In this document: one piece after another, positions 22,385 through 34,670 of the stretch | How the letters are laid out: each line of letters starts with the position of its first letter | Numbering within the stretch: position 1 is the stretch's first letter | Source of the DNA: Sminthopsis crassicaudata | Lineage: Eukaryota | Reading direction: 5' to 3' | DNA length: 48,166 nt | Assembly (NCBI RefSeq): GCF_048593235.1 | Contig: NC_133618.1 | Span: 141,898,996-141,947,161, forward strand | Notes under the pieces: model-generated | What the model saw: the letters and a program-made list of their open reading frames with translations, nothing else | The model's database searches: none | Told to the model about the DNA's origin: nothing | Position numbers and translations under genes: made by a program

Positions 22385-22530
22385 TGTGGAAAAGAAGGAT
22401 GAGGAGAAAAAGAAGGAAGAGGAAAAGAAGAAAAAGAAGGAGGGGGGGAAGGAAGGTGAGGAGGAAAAGGAGAAGAATAAGAAGGAGGAAGAGAAGGGGA
22501 ATGGAAAAGGGAAGGGAAAGAAGAAAGAGA
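22385..22530. repeat. Purine-only low-complexity tract (GAA/GGA)
   Basis: Almost all G/A. It explains ORFs 22315..22536 and 22386..22583. Confidence 0.95.
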
Positions 22531-22544
22531 ATATAGATGCTGCT

Positions 22545-22800
22545 TTTAATTTTTGTAAAGAGTTTTACATATTATCTCATTGAGCTTCACCATACTCTTG
22601 GGAGGTAGATTTTTTTTGTTAACTTCATTTTAAAGAGGAGGAATACCCAGATAGAGAAGGTACTTCCCTGTGGTCACATAGCTAATAAATGTCTGAGGCA
22701 GGAGCTAAACTCAGGCCAGCTATTGTGCTAAGAGCTTGGGATAAAAGGCAAAGGTAAAAATAATACCTACCTTCAAGAAGCTTACATTTCAATGAGGGAG
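22545..22800 (-). mobile_element. MIR SINE followed by an L2 tail
   Basis: attatctcattgagcttcac...ggtcacatagctaataaatgtctgaggcaggagctaaactcagg, then ccttcaagaagcttacatttc. Confidence 0.7.
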
Positions 22801-22821
22801 ACATGTATATATGGGGAAACT

Positions 22822-22950
22822 AGATCTGTGATTTCAGTATCACAGATAACTCCCATATGAGAAAATTTCTTCCACAATGTAAAGCAGGTTTTCTGCAACT
22901 TACAGTCTTAGAGAGTTGCCTGGGGCACTGAAGTTCAGTGATTTGTATAG
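22822..22950 (-). mobile_element. Marsupial CORE-SINE 3' part
   Basis: ctgtgatttc...ctgcaacttacagtcttagagagttgcctggggcactgaagttcagtgatttg is a common marsupial SINE tail; the exact family was not assigned. Confidence 0.55.
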
Positions 22951-23054
22951 GCATAAATATATATATATATACATATATACCCACAGATACATATAAATTT
23001 ATAAATATATATTGTGTTCCTGCACTAAATCTCATCATTTCGAAACACTCATCT

Positions 23055-23238
23055 TCCTGAGTGGATCTGGCTTCAACAGAAACTTATTAGCAAGTGAGTA
23101 AGTCACTTCATGCTGTGTACCTCAGTTTCTTCATCTGCAAAATGATCTGAAGAAGGAAATGGCAAACCACTCAGTATCTCTGCCAAGAAAATCCCAAATG
23201 AGGTCATAAAGAGTCAGACATGACTAAACAGCAAACAA
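23055..23238 (+). mobile_element. MAR1-type SINE
   Basis: CORE cctcagtttcttcatctgcaaaatg plus RTE tail gaaggaaatggcaaaccactc...aagagtcagacatgact. Confidence 0.88.
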
Positions 23239-23639
23239 TATGATGTAACAAGAGACTGCCTTGCATGCACGTGACAATTTATATTTTTCAAAGTGCTTTT
23301 CCAATTATTACTTGATCTAGCTCTTACCAGAGACTTTTGCTGTGAGATAAGGATGAATGAAATCATGGAATTACAGCAAAGAAGAGACTTGGAGTTTGCC
23401 AAACTTACACCTTTGGCTCCAGGCCTGAGACTATCCCAACCATGCCTCCTAAAAGCTCCTTGCATCTCTTTGGCATCCCTGTGTCTCTTCTCATCAGTTC
23501 TTCTAGGCTTTTATCTCTGAATACAGAACCTTGGAAAGAGCTACCCCATTCCCATGGAGGCCAGTTGGCACAGTAGTCAGAGCAATTGGCCCGGTGTCAG
23601 TAACACTTGAAAGCAAGTTTGACTTTGGACATTTATTTG

Positions 23640-23960
23640 CTGAATAGACCACATCCAGAGTACTGTTCATAGTCCTAGGAGCCACATTTAAAGGAGCTGA
23701 GAATGATACGACATAAGGAATTAGGGAATTTTAGCCTGGAGAAGAAATAGAACTTATAAAGAAATAGATTTCAGTTCACTATAAGGAACAAGTGCCTAAG
23801 AATGAGAGCTATTCAAAAAATCCCTTAGGAAGTAATGCTTTCCCCCTAAAGGGAGATGTTCAAACAGAGTTTGAACAGTGATTTGTCAATGATGTTGTCT
23901 AGAAAATTAGCCTTCTGCTATATGTTGAATCAGGTGATCTCAGAAGCTCTCCAATACAAC
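23640..23960 (+). mobile_element. L3/CR1 3' region
   Basis: agaccacatccagagtactgttcatagtcc..., tttagcctggagaag..., and an L3-type 3' UTR. Confidence 0.7.
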
Positions 23961-24204
23961 CTACCTATAAACCTTGCCAGACATGGTGATGGGCACATCC
24001 CTGCAAACCCATCTGAAAGGAAGACTAAAGTTGATCAATCCCTTATTTGAACCCAGGTTTTCCTAACCCCAGTGCTCTATCTGCTAAGCCACCTAGCTTC
24101 CTCTTTTATTCAGCAATATCATTGCTATTATTCTGCCTTATGGGGGCTAAGAAATGTAAATTGAATTGAATCCCTATTGTAAATTGAATGTAAATTGAAT
24201 CCCT

Positions 24205-24430
24205 GTGAAAGCCCCTCTAATACTAGAAAACAGTAATTATATCTCCCCAAATCTGCTTTTCCCTAGGTTAAATATCTCTACTGATCATCATCTGGCCCAA
24301 ACTCAAGGCTCTTCATCATTATTTCTTTGTGTTTTCTCTGCCTTTTCAAGATCATTTCTAAGATCAGATGCGCAATACTGAAAAAAATTCTCCATATATA
24401 GTTGGACCAAGGCAGAGTACAGAAGAACCT
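24205..24430 (-). mobile_element. L3/CR1 fragment
   Basis: caatactgaaaaaaattctccatatatagttggaccaaggcagagtacag is the antisense CR1 RT-end motif. Confidence 0.6.
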
Positions 24431-24473
24431 CGTATTAAATCACCCTTTTTTAAACACAGCCTAAGAATTCCCT

Positions 24474-24660
24474 GAAGCGGCTAGATGACTTAGTGGATGG
24501 CACTCTGGGCCTGGACTGGATCTGAGTTCAAATCCAGCCCCAGGTACTTTTAGGTGATTAAACAAGTCACTTGATCTCTGTTTGCCTTATTCTTCCTAGA
24601 GACAGAAATAGCAAGGAGATATGAAGAGTCAAACACAGTTAAATGACTGAGCACCACAAG
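24474..24660 (+). mobile_element. MAR1-like SINE
   Basis: gcggctagatgacttagtggatgg...gagttcaaatccagccc...gaagagtcaaacacagttaaatgactgagc. Confidence 0.75.
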
Positions 24661-25339
24661 AATACCTTCGCTTTCTTGCTCACTCAAGTGTAAAGTCTTA
24701 CACTTTTACCTTTATGTATATTACATTTCATCCTATTTGATGAAACCTAATTGTGATAAGAGCAGCACCTATTTTATATAGATTCCTAGGGTTGATTTTC
24801 CTTGACTGTGGCAAAGAAGCCATCCTTGGGTTTTGACTAGTTTCTGAACTAAATACTTTAATTACTATTTCAATTTTCTTGTTTGAAGCAAAAAAAAAAA
24901 AAAAAAAAAAAAAAACATCCAGGGCATGAGACGGTGATGCTCCGGGGACTTCTCAGAATTCACACTGTTGTGCAGTTATAACTTTCTGAGCTATGCTTCT
25001 GATATTGTCAGAATAGCGATATTGTTGCTATTGCTTTTGTAGAGCAGAAACAAAAAAATCACTTTATTCTGATTATTAATGAGAAATTATGTCAATTTTA
25101 GTTTTATTCTCTGGAAAGCTGGCTTTTTGAATTGCATTTTATGTTCTCCAAGTTTTTCATTATGTTTGAATCCAGAACCTGAGTGACTGGAATGGACTGA
25201 ATTAGGCCTGACCCAGAACTCCAACATTACAGCATGGTAAGATCCTTGGGCATTTTGACTATGCCGTACAATATGTTAATTATTCCCAACTTTCTATCAC
25301 CTGAATATTTTCTAAGCACATCATTTGCAAGAGGCATGC

Positions 25340-25885
25340 TAATGGAAACATTATATAAAAGAAATAGAACTAGACTCAGGGTGAGAGAGCCTGAGTACAA
25401 AGTTTAGCTCTGCTGCTTATGGCTTGTGTGACGTTAGACAAGGTCATTTTATTTCTCTGGGCTTCAATTTCCTCATTCATAATCCAAAAGGATAGACTAG
25501 ATATTCCCTGGAGTCCGTTCCAGTTTATGTCCAATTAACTAAAGCTCCTGTCTCTATATTTGGATTCTGGTTAATCTGAATGATTGCTCAGTAGAATTAG
25601 GGGCCAGCACAGATTCCCCAAGGCAGTCTTTAGAAGACCTCCTTCCAATTAATAGATAACACTTAGGTTGTGTTTTAAAATTTACAAACTGCTTTATAAA
25701 TGTTTTTATTTTTTCCTCACATAAAACTTAGGAAGTAGGTGCTATTATTATCTCCATCCTACTGTTAAGAAAATTGAGGCAAAAAAATGTTAAAGATCTT
25801 GCCCAAGATTACACAGCTTTTATGTGAGCTGGAATTTAAACTCAGGACTTTCTGATACTAGATCCAGCATTCTATCCACTGCTTC
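25340..25885. mobile_element. MIR3 (+, ~25340-25530) and MIR (-, ~25640-25885)
   Basis: CORE motifs cttcaatttcctcattcat and aagaaaattgaggc...cttgcccaagattacacagc. Confidence 0.75.
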
Positions 25886-25899
25886 TTTGAGTCATAAAT

Positions 25900-26620
25900 G
25901 ATTACTCTTTGGTTCTGTCCAATCAGCCAGTCCTGAATCCATATAGGCCATATCTCTCCATCTGATCAACAAGAAAGAATGAGCAAGTGACTAAATGCTT
26001 TGTTAAAAATCTGGGAACACTGTCTACAGCATTACCCAGGTCTAAGCATTTAAGTAAATCTGTCAAAATAGGAAATAAGATGAGGATAACTCTGCCTGTT
26101 TCTATGAAGCCATGCTGGCATTATGATCACTGCTTCCTCTTCTAGATGTTCATGAACCATAATTTTAATAATATGTTCCATAATTTTGACAGGGTTTGAA
26201 GTCAAGTGCACTGATCTCTCATCAACAAAACCCATTCTTCTCCTTCTTTTGAAAACTGGAACATTTGCCCTCCTCCAGTCCTACAGTATCTACTCCATTT
26301 CAAAAGTAACTGAGGGGGCTCAACCAAGCTGATTCTGCCGGTCCAAAAGGAGGTACAAAAAACCATGGCTTTAGAGCTGAAAGAGGTTTGTTTTCTAGTG
26401 CATTCTCCCCCACCTAATTTTATAGATGGGAAAACTGGGCCCAAGGAGATAATACTTTGTTCAGAATCATAAAGCAGCAAATCTAAGAGCCAGGATTCAA
26501 ACTCAGATCCTGTAACTCTAAAGTCAAAGTTCTTCCATTGTACTCCACTCCAGATGTATCTTATATTGACCAGGCAAGTTGAACTTCTCAAGAGCAGTTA
26601 GCTCTTCCATTAGTGCTAGA
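25900..26620 (-). mobile_element. L3/CR1 RT-region fragment with a MIR inserted at ~26370-26550
   Basis: Antisense translation ...SVHLTSNPVKIMEHIIKIMVHEHLEEEAVI...LISYFDRFT matches CR1 RT (PVSLTSIPGKILEQII...EHLEKEAVIT...NLISFFDRVT). Confidence 0.85.
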
Positions 26621-26939
26621 TGGCACATTTAGGGGCATTTTATAAGTAAGGAAAAGGAAACAGAAGTTAAATGACTCACCCAGGATCAGACAACTAGTTC
26701 CTATGTGATTGGATGCAGGTCTTTCTGACTCCAGATCCAGCACTCTATCTACTGTGCCATCTAGGCTTCAATGTACTGCTTTTTATTCTTTTTTTCCAAT
26801 CCAAAAATCTTTCTCCTCAACAAAGAAAATAGAAGGAAATTAAAGATAGAGAATCTCTGTCTTTTCTCTATCATATTATGACTCACCCATTCCAAACAGT
26901 GGTACTATTCTTTCTTTGACCTTCCTTTTTCCTCCACTA

Positions 26940-27118
26940 TAGGAGGAAGAGAATGAAAAATAGGAGGAGGAGGGGAAGTAGGAAAAAGGAGGAGGGGGAA
27001 TAGAAGGAGAATGGAAAGAATGAGGAAAAGGAGGAGGAGAAAGAGAAGGTGAAAATGAGGAAAGAGAGAAGGAAAAGGAGGAGGAGGGAGAGGAGGAAGA
27101 AGAGGAGAAGGAAGATGC
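26940..27118. repeat. Purine-only low-complexity tract (GGA/GAA)
   Basis: Direct inspection; explains ORFs 26905..27197. Confidence 0.95.
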
Positions 27119-27199
27119 ATGCAGAGAGGAATTTAAGCATGCATTGTAGGGAGGATGATGACACTAAATCAGCATTCAATACTATTATCTGAATCATAT

Positions 27200-27400
27200 C
27201 AAGGGATTATAGATTTAGAGCTGGCAAGGACTTTAGAAATTGCCAATTCAACCCTTTCATTTTAGAGACAGATATCTGAAGTCCCAAAATTGTGAAGTGA
27301 CTTGCCTGAGAACCTACAGGTAATACATAGAAGCCCTAGCCTTCAAAATTCAAACGAGATGCTTTGAGTTCAAATACAGCACTCATTCCACCATACTTCC
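27200..27400 (-). mobile_element. MIR3-like SINE
   Basis: gattatagatttagagctggcaaggactttaga...gtgacttgcctgag. Confidence 0.75.
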
Positions 27401-27696
27401 CAGCATTTATTAAATGTATTCCCAATTCCTTTGCACTGAGAAGGAAATCTCTATACTGGGTTGATTGAGTAACCCAACAGTTACATTAGCAAAGCAAAAG
27501 CTCTCTGACTTTTTGTCATCTGAATGGGGAGATGGAAGAGGTACAAATGTCATAGGAATAGTTAGAGGTCCTATGAGCACTCATTATAAGAATTATTGTT
27601 CAGCAAGATGGCTCAATGAAAATGATACTAATTGACTGACCCATACTAGTTGCTCCAAAGTAGGGTGTTTTTTTTTCAGAGATATTGAATGATCAT

Positions 27697-27892
27697 TATT
27701 GTTGTTTAGTCATTTCAATCATTTGGAGTTTCCTAGAGTAGTTTACCATTTCCTTCTCTGATGGATCTATTTTGTCAAGCAATCAGAGGTTAAGGGACTT
27801 GTCTAGGATCCCATAACTAGGAAATATCTGAGGCTATATTTGAATTTAGACCTCATTGACTCTAAGCCCAGTTCTCTAACCACTGGGTTACC
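27697..27892 (-). mobile_element. MAR1/WSINE-like SINE with RTE tail
   Basis: ttgttgtttagtcatttc tail, tttaccatttccttctc, gcaatcagaggttaagggacttg, atttgaatttagacc. Confidence 0.75.
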
Positions 27893-27897
27893 GGAAT

Positions 27898-28105
27898 GAT
27901 TATAGAATCAGTCACAGATTTAGAGTGAGAAAGAACTTTAGAGGCCATTTAGTCTCACACTTTCATTTTATAGATAAATAAATTAAGAATCATATAAATG
28001 AAATTATTTGATTAAGATCAAACAGGTAATCAATGATAGAGTTAACATTTGAATGCAGGTCTTTGGATTCCAAAATCCAGTAATTTTTTTCACTGACCAT
28101 GGCTT
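27898..28105 (-). mobile_element. MIR3-like SINE
   Basis: tcacagatttagagtgagaaagaactttagaggccatttagtc...ggattccaaaatccag. Confidence 0.75.
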
Positions 28106-28769
28106 CCTTCTGAAGTAGTGACAGCTGGTGTTTAGGATGTGTTTTCAACAATCAGACGTCATTTGGAAAAATTGGAAGAATTTTCCTGTCTGGGCAGGGC
28201 CTTTAATTTAGGGGAGAAGTCTATTATCAGAAACCTATCAAAACTTTGAGGAAAAATCCCACTCAGTATTTAGTTAGCTATATAAATCACAAATGTACCA
28301 GCATCAATGTGAAGTGTTAGATGGAATGTGAAATTCTATTTGAATACATGGATAAATTCCAAAGGTTAAAAGTCATATTGGGTTAGGAAACAATGTTTAA
28401 TCAAAGACTTTTAAGACCACTTAGTACAACCTCCCCTTTCTTTTTCAACAAGTTAATAGAATTAATGGGCATGCTTAACACTAGCTCTCCAAAAATGTCA
28501 GTGAACTTGGGACCAAAGTCAGTGAAATGTGTCAACCAAGAGCTGTGAAAATCCTGAAGAAGCTAAAGGTCAGCTAACAACCACAGGCTTCACAGGGTTC
28601 TCAATGCCCACAATTCCAGGACCTGTTTTTCAAATGCAAATTCACAGGTAATTTGTTTTGGGGTATCACTGGTCCCAGGGTACAGCAGACTTTACAGAAT
28701 TCTTTAAGAGAAGGTAATCAAAGAATAAACATTCTCCCAAGAGAATGTCCAAAAGGCTTCACATATTGA

Positions 28770-29195
28770 TCAATCAACAAATATTTATTAAATACCTACA
28801 AATAAAAAAAAATGAAACAATTCCTTATCTTTAAAATTATCTATTCTTTTGGGGAGAAAGCAAGTACATATATAAATATAGAGATACAAAATAAATATAA
28901 ATGAATATGACCTAGACAGGAAATTAAGACCTTAATAGTTGAAATGTTGCTTTATACATATAGATATAGATAGATAACATTATTTATATAATGCTTTAAG
29001 GTTCACAAAATGCTTTACAAAATTACCTCATTTGACCTTCACAAACAATCTGAGGAGGTAAATGCTATTATTATTATTTTAGAAATTTTACAAATAAGAC
29101 TGAGGCAGATGAAAGTTAAATAACTTGTCAAGTATATTTTTAATTAAAATCTTCCTAATACCCTGGCATTCTATCCACTGTACTACCTAGCTATG
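28770..29195 (-). mobile_element. L2 tail (~28770-28860) and MIR (~28985-29195)
   Basis: aatcaatcaacaaatatttattaaatacctac, and gctttaaggttcacaaaatgctttac...gactgaggcag. Confidence 0.75.
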
Positions 29196-29230
29196 TCAGA
29201 GAGAAATGGAGATAGAGCTAGAGATAAAGG

Positions 29231-29231
<1 letters not shown>

Positions 29232-29282
<51 letters not shown>

Positions 29283-29302
29283 AAGAAAGAAAGAAAGAAA
29301 AA
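29232..29302. repeat. Compound (GATA)n(GAAA)n microsatellite
   Basis: Direct inspection. Confidence 0.97.
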
Positions 29303-29384
29303 GTGAACCAACTTGTTGTGAAAGTAGATCCAGCCTCATATTCTTTTTTAGTTAAGCTTGCTTCCAGTTCCCATTCATAATCTA

Positions 29385-29640
29385 TCAGTCAGTCAATAAG
29401 CATTTATAAGCACCTACTTCAAAAATGAAGGACAAACAACCTGGGAATAATAGTAGCTGCCCCACTGGGAAGCCAACTGTCTGGGGTATCCCTAAGATTA
29501 GGGAAGACTGGGAAATAATTCTTATAGAAGGTGAAGCTTTAGCTGAGACTTGAAGGAATCTAAGGAACCAGGAGGCAGAAATGAGAAGTATGTTCCTGTA
29601 GCTAGAGAAAAGGTTCAGAGACACAGAAAGAGTGGTATCA
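29385..29640 (-). mobile_element. L2 3' fragment
   Basis: tcagtcagtcaataagcatttataagcacctac...agctgagacttgaagga. Confidence 0.75.
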
Positions 29641-30250
29641 TTGGCAGAGTTAATTAACATTATTGAGTTGTTAGGGAAACTTAAGGTTCTGTTTTTTTCT
29701 AGGTTTCCCAGTACATCTGAAATATACAGTATAAACAATTCCATTTATAGGTAAATCTGGAAGAGGTAAGTACATTCTTTTCACAAAAAGGGGGAGATTC
29801 AGTCCAATGTGTAACAAGAAATAGAAAACAGACTCTTGGGTTCTGTTCTCTGTCCCAGGACTGGCTTAACAGCATGACCTTGGGCCAGCTACTTCATCAT
29901 CTGACATATCCATTTCTGTAAACAGCAAAGAATAATGACTATTCTTAATGGAAACATCCCTTGAAACTCCCACAGGAAAACAGAAGGGAACAGAAATGAT
30001 GATAATAGATTTCAATATAATCTATATGAAATCAAGTCACCTGGAAAGAAGAGAGATGTCTCTCTTAGTCTTCAAGGAAAGATACTAAAATATATAAGTA
30101 GAGATTTTGCTGCTCCCCTGGCCCGTTGATAAAACTTTAGCATTCCAGATGCAGCTCAGTTACTTGATGTGATGCCTGAAGAATATAATTAAGGATGACA
30201 GATTGATTGTTTTTCCCCAAAGTTTCACTTCTCCCAGTCAAGCTTTTTTC

Positions 30251-30330
30251 CTAAGAACATAAGAACCTGAGCTTCACTACGTTGTGTCTGACCCAAAGCC
30301 CAGTGTTCTGTTCCTGACAACAGGACCTGG
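30251..30330 (-). mobile_element. Ancient CR1-family 3'-terminal remnant
   Basis: taagaacataagaacc...gtctgacccaaagcccagtgttctgttcctgaca resembles the antisense 3' end (aagaacataagaa...gtcagaccaaagg...gcccagtatcctgtc) of amniote CR1 lineages. Confidence 0.45.
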
Positions 30331-30649
30331 ATGTGGAAGGACCTGGATTAGAACTGTGAGACTTCTCCAGGGGACCTTAACCCTCTTCCTGTCCTCTAAG
30401 AGGCCACCAAACCTGTGAGTCAGTAAGAAAGCTGCTTAAAACCAGAGCAGAGGAAAAATTACTCCTGTCTCCAGATTACTTGGTGCTGCCATGTGGACTT
30501 GCCCATTGTACCAGCTTATCCCTCTGTCCTTTGTCTCACTTTCTAGATCCTTATATTTGATCTGAATACTGAATCTGCACCCCCACAGTGTACTAAGCCT
30601 TTGGTTTTGACTCATTCTAGATCTCCGAATAGTGACTGAGGCATGGTTC

Positions 30650-30960
30650 AGGGTAGCATTTTAGAAATAACACTGAATTTGAAATTGAGAGTACCTGAAT
30701 TCAAATTTCAACTCTGCTATATATCTGCTGTGTAACCAAGGGCTTTTTACTTTATTTCTCTCAATCTTGGTTCCCTCATTTATAAAATCAAGGTATGAAA
30801 ATTGGGATCTAGAGACTCATGGGTACAATTGTCCCTGAACTTGATTTTTAAAATAATTCAATATCCATTCCTTTGTAATTATTTTATTTAATTTATTTTA
30901 AGCATTTAAAAACAATCTTCTGAAAAAGAAGGCTACCAAAGGGATCCATGAAACCAACTC
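30650..30960 (+). mobile_element. MIR-family SINE (~30650-30800) followed by a Charlie-type MITE (~30805-30955)
   Basis: cctgaattcaaatttcaactctg...ttccctcatttataaaat, then ttcctttgtaatt...gcatttaaaaacaatcttctga...ccaaagggatccatga. Confidence 0.65.
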
Positions 30961-32109
30961 ACTGATCTATCCCCAAAGCTTCTTCCAGTTCTCACCTTTG
31001 CACTTTACTCCTGCCTATTCATTTGGTCTCTGGTACAGCCAAGGTTCTACTGACCATTCTGGATTTCTGGAAACCAATTTCAGTTCACACCCATTGGAAT
31101 CAGGTCCCCATAAATCCCCCATATCAATCAACCTTTGTCTGTTAAATTTCACAGAAATATCCCAATTTCTTGACACTTCTTGTCTTCCCCTCTACTATTG
31201 CTACTCATGACTCAGTCACAAAAGTATATTATTTGTCCTTGCTGACCTTAACCATAAAATACCTTCCTTTATTTAGTCTTTTAGAGGGAAAAATTACTTT
31301 GCTCATGGTGACAAATATCTCATTTTTTTACAAAAATGTTTTGGTTTGATATAAAAATGATACAGAAAGACAACTCTCAAGTTTTTCACCAGTTTCAGTG
31401 TGAATGGAAATTGTAAAGTATATGGGGAAGAAAGACCCAAAAGAAGAGACTCACTTTTGGAAGCAACTCAAAGGGACTATTTGTTCCAGCCCAGTAGTCA
31501 AGAGATTTGGGTATTATTGGATTTGTTTAATTATGATTAATAAAGTAGATTAGCTTCTGTAAGCTGCATTATTGAGCATAAATATTTTTCTTTCTTCAAT
31601 ACAAATGGTGGTGGTTTAGCACTTCCCTGGGGTTTCTCAAGGAATAGTCCTAAAGTCTAAGCCTGTCCTGCCATGTGGTCTACATAACCTGACTAGAAGC
31701 AACAATTTCTTGTGAATGGCCATGAATTAGGGAAAAAGCATATTTCTGAGAGCACCTTATAGGTGTCTTTAGACTTCTCCAGACATGGATGAGATAATCA
31801 CACTGAAAATAATCTAATAGAAATTGGTTTTTCACAAGTTTTTCTGTACAGCTTTTAAAGCCATTTATATTTTCTGGAAATCTTGAATTCTGTAAATTTG
31901 CTCTGCTTCCAAGATGTACATGTATATGAGGATATGTGCTTGTTTGAGGAATGGAGAGTATTTCTAATATCTTAAGATTTGATTAAAGAGACCCAGCGCT
32001 CTATAATGAGCCCCTCCTTATGACATGAATATGTTGCTGCTCTATTAATCATTGGGGAGAAGTTCACACTAATTTATCTAAATTCCCCATCCATAACATC
32101 ATATTTATG

Positions 32110-33165
32110 AGACAGTTAGCCCCGAGGTCTCTAATGGAGTATCCCAGGGATCTGTGTTTATCTGTTTACTAATGATTTGGTTGTAAAGAGATAAATGTCC
32201 GCCACACCAAATTTGGAGTGGGACAGAGCTGAAACAACTTTTGAAGCAAATTTAATGAAGGGAGAGACTGGAGGAGAAATAGTTATGGTGAAGAGAACAT
32301 ATTTTATAGTTGTGACAGAAGGAAGGCTGTCCACTCTAAAGTCTTGGTGCTTATTACCATGGGCGGCTGAAAGGAGGAAAAAGCTATGGAAGAAGGAAAC
32401 TACTGTGTTTGAAACCTTAGAATGGCATTCCAGAAAACCACAAGGCATGTGTATGACAGACACCATAAGGAGGCCGTATCCCACTCCCCATATTAGCACT
32501 CTAGGTCAAAGACCATGTACTTAAAACTCTATGGCTAACACAAAACTAGGAGGGATGACACTCTCGTCCAGTAACACTGCTAATCCAAAAATATCTTAAC
32601 AGGATAGAAGACTGAACTAAATCTAATAAGGTGAAATTTTAAAGGGATAAATGCTAAGTCTTATAGTAGATCAAAAAAATAAAAATAAACAAGTCAAAGG
32701 CAGTATAGTTAATTAAGAATTTGTATTTAAAAAGGAAGGAGGGGAAAGGAATGGTTAGCAAGCTCAGTTTGAGTCCAATGTGTGATAGTTTAACACCAAA
32801 TACTTTTCCAGTCTTAGCTTGTATACAGTTGAGCCACGTCTAGAGTACTGTGCTCAGTTCTGGGGATTATGTTTCAAGAAGGACCCTGAGAATCCAGGAC
32901 AAGGAAATTCAGATTGTGAAAGTCCTTGAGACCAATGCATGGAGAAATGTTTCAAGGAATTGTCTCACTTAAGGAAGAAAACTCCTAATGAGTACATGAT
33001 ACCTGTATCCAAGCATTTGAAGGGCTATTGTGTGATAGAGGGATCAGATCGTCCCTGGAGGATAGAACCAGAGGCAATAGGTAGAAATTACAAAGGAAAC
33101 CTCAGGCTGTTTGTAAAGAAAAGCTTCCTAGTATCAATTATTGTTACCCCAGTGGAATGAGCCTA
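32110..33165 (+). mobile_element. L3/CR1 RT to 3' end, interrupted at ~32196-32515
   Basis: EVSNGVSQGSV...FTNDL before the insertion; (A)NTKLGG...IQKYLNRIED*TKSNKVKF after it; then gagccacgtctagagtactgtgctcagttctgggg. Confidence 0.85.
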
Positions 33166-33355
33166 TTCAGTTATTATAGTCATCTCTGACTTTCCATGGC
33201 CCAATTTTGGGTTTTCTTGGAAGATACTAGAGTGATTTGTCATTTCATTCTCAAGTTCATTTTATAGACGAGGAACAGGCGACCAAGTATCTGAAGTCAC
33301 ATTTGAATCCAGGTACTCCTCTATCCACAATCCAGGGCTGACACTCTATCCACAG
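33165..33355 (-). mobile_element. MAR1-type SINE
   Basis: gggttttcttggaagatactagagtgatttgtcatttcattctc...ttttatagacgaggaac. Confidence 0.8.
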
Positions 33356-33399
33356 CACCTTCCTCCTACAGCCCTTCAAGTAAAAGCTAAATTATCTCT

Positions 33400-34505
33400 T
33401 GTTGACTTTCCCATTGGACATGGACTAAGACCTTGCAAAGTCTCCTTTCCTGAGGTCATACCTGATAATAATGTGTATTCCCCAGAGTTTTTTATAAAGC
33501 CCTCTTCTCTTCTCCTGCTCATTAATTCCCATAGATCAACTCTATGTTGATACTTCTATTTATCCTGCCATGATTTTTCTCTTAATCTCTAGACTTGCAT
33601 TTCTGTCTATTGGACATCACAAACTGAAAATCCAAGAGCAATTTGTCCAAAACTGAACTCCTCATCTTCCCCCTGAAATCTTCCCTTCTTCCTAACTTCC
33701 CTACTAATTAAAGTACCACCTCCCAGTCACCTAGACTTTAAACCCAGGCATCATATCAACTCCCTACTCCCCCCCCCATATCTAATCTATCATTGCATCC
33801 TGTTGTCCTCTCATACCTGGATATTGCAATAGTCTGCTGGTGGGTCTCTGCCTCAAGCCTCCCCTTATTCTAGTCCATTCTCTATTCAGCTGTCAAAGAC
33901 ATCTTCCTAAAGCACAGGACTGACCAGGTCACACATTTTACACACTCTATTTTATAGAGTATATACATATATATCCCACCTCTATCAGTGGAATCCAGGG
34001 ACTCCTTAATCTCCAAGATCAAATACAAAATCCTCTGGTTGGTATTCCAGAGCCCTCAGAACCTGGTCCCCTCCTACCTTTTTGAGCTTCTTACACTTTA
34101 CTCCACTTCCCACCCTCAAACATACTCTGTGATCCAGTGACACTGGCTTCCTTTCTGTTCCTTCCACAAACCACTTTGTCTCTTGGTTCTAGACATTTTC
34201 ACACTGTTCCCCATCCTGGAATTTCTTCCATTCTCATCTCTATTTCCTATTTTCCTTGGCTTCCTTCAAGTCCCAGCTAAAATCCCATCTTCTACAAGAA
34301 GCTTTTCCTCATCTCCCTCCAGCTCTTCATGCTAGTGCCTTTCCCTGCTGACTGTCTCCAATTGGCCTTGTATATATTTGTTTTCATGTTTTCTCCCCAT
34401 TTGACTGCGAGCAATTTGAGAACAGAACTTTAGAATACCTTTTTTTATATTTCCAGAATTTAGAACAGTGCCAGACAAATAGTAGGACCAAATAAATGCA
34501 TGTTT
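33400..34505 (+). mobile_element. L2 LINE 3' ~1.1 kb
   Basis: ccaaaactgaactcctcatcttcccc..., cctggatattgcaatagtctgctgg..., and the tail agaacagtgccagacaaatagtaggaccaaataaatgc. Confidence 0.9.
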
Positions 34506-34519
34506 ACAAAACTAACTGT

Positions 34520-34670
34520 ATTTGAATTCTGCCTCATGTGTGTGGCCCTAGACAAATTATTTGATCTCTCTCAGCCTTGGATTTCACCCTCATTTGCAAA
34601 AGGGGACAAATAATAGCTCCTACCCTCACAGGGTGGTTGTATCAAGTTAAATAATGCTTTTTGAAAACCT
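34520..34670 (+). mobile_element. MIR SINE
   Basis: atttgaattctgcctc...aatagctcctaccctcacagggtggttgt. Confidence 0.7.

Noticed and set aside
24890-24916. 27-nt poly(A) as the tail of a retrocopy
   Set aside because: There is no upstream AATAAA, no SINE/LINE body and no TSD; treated as a mononucleotide microsatellite.
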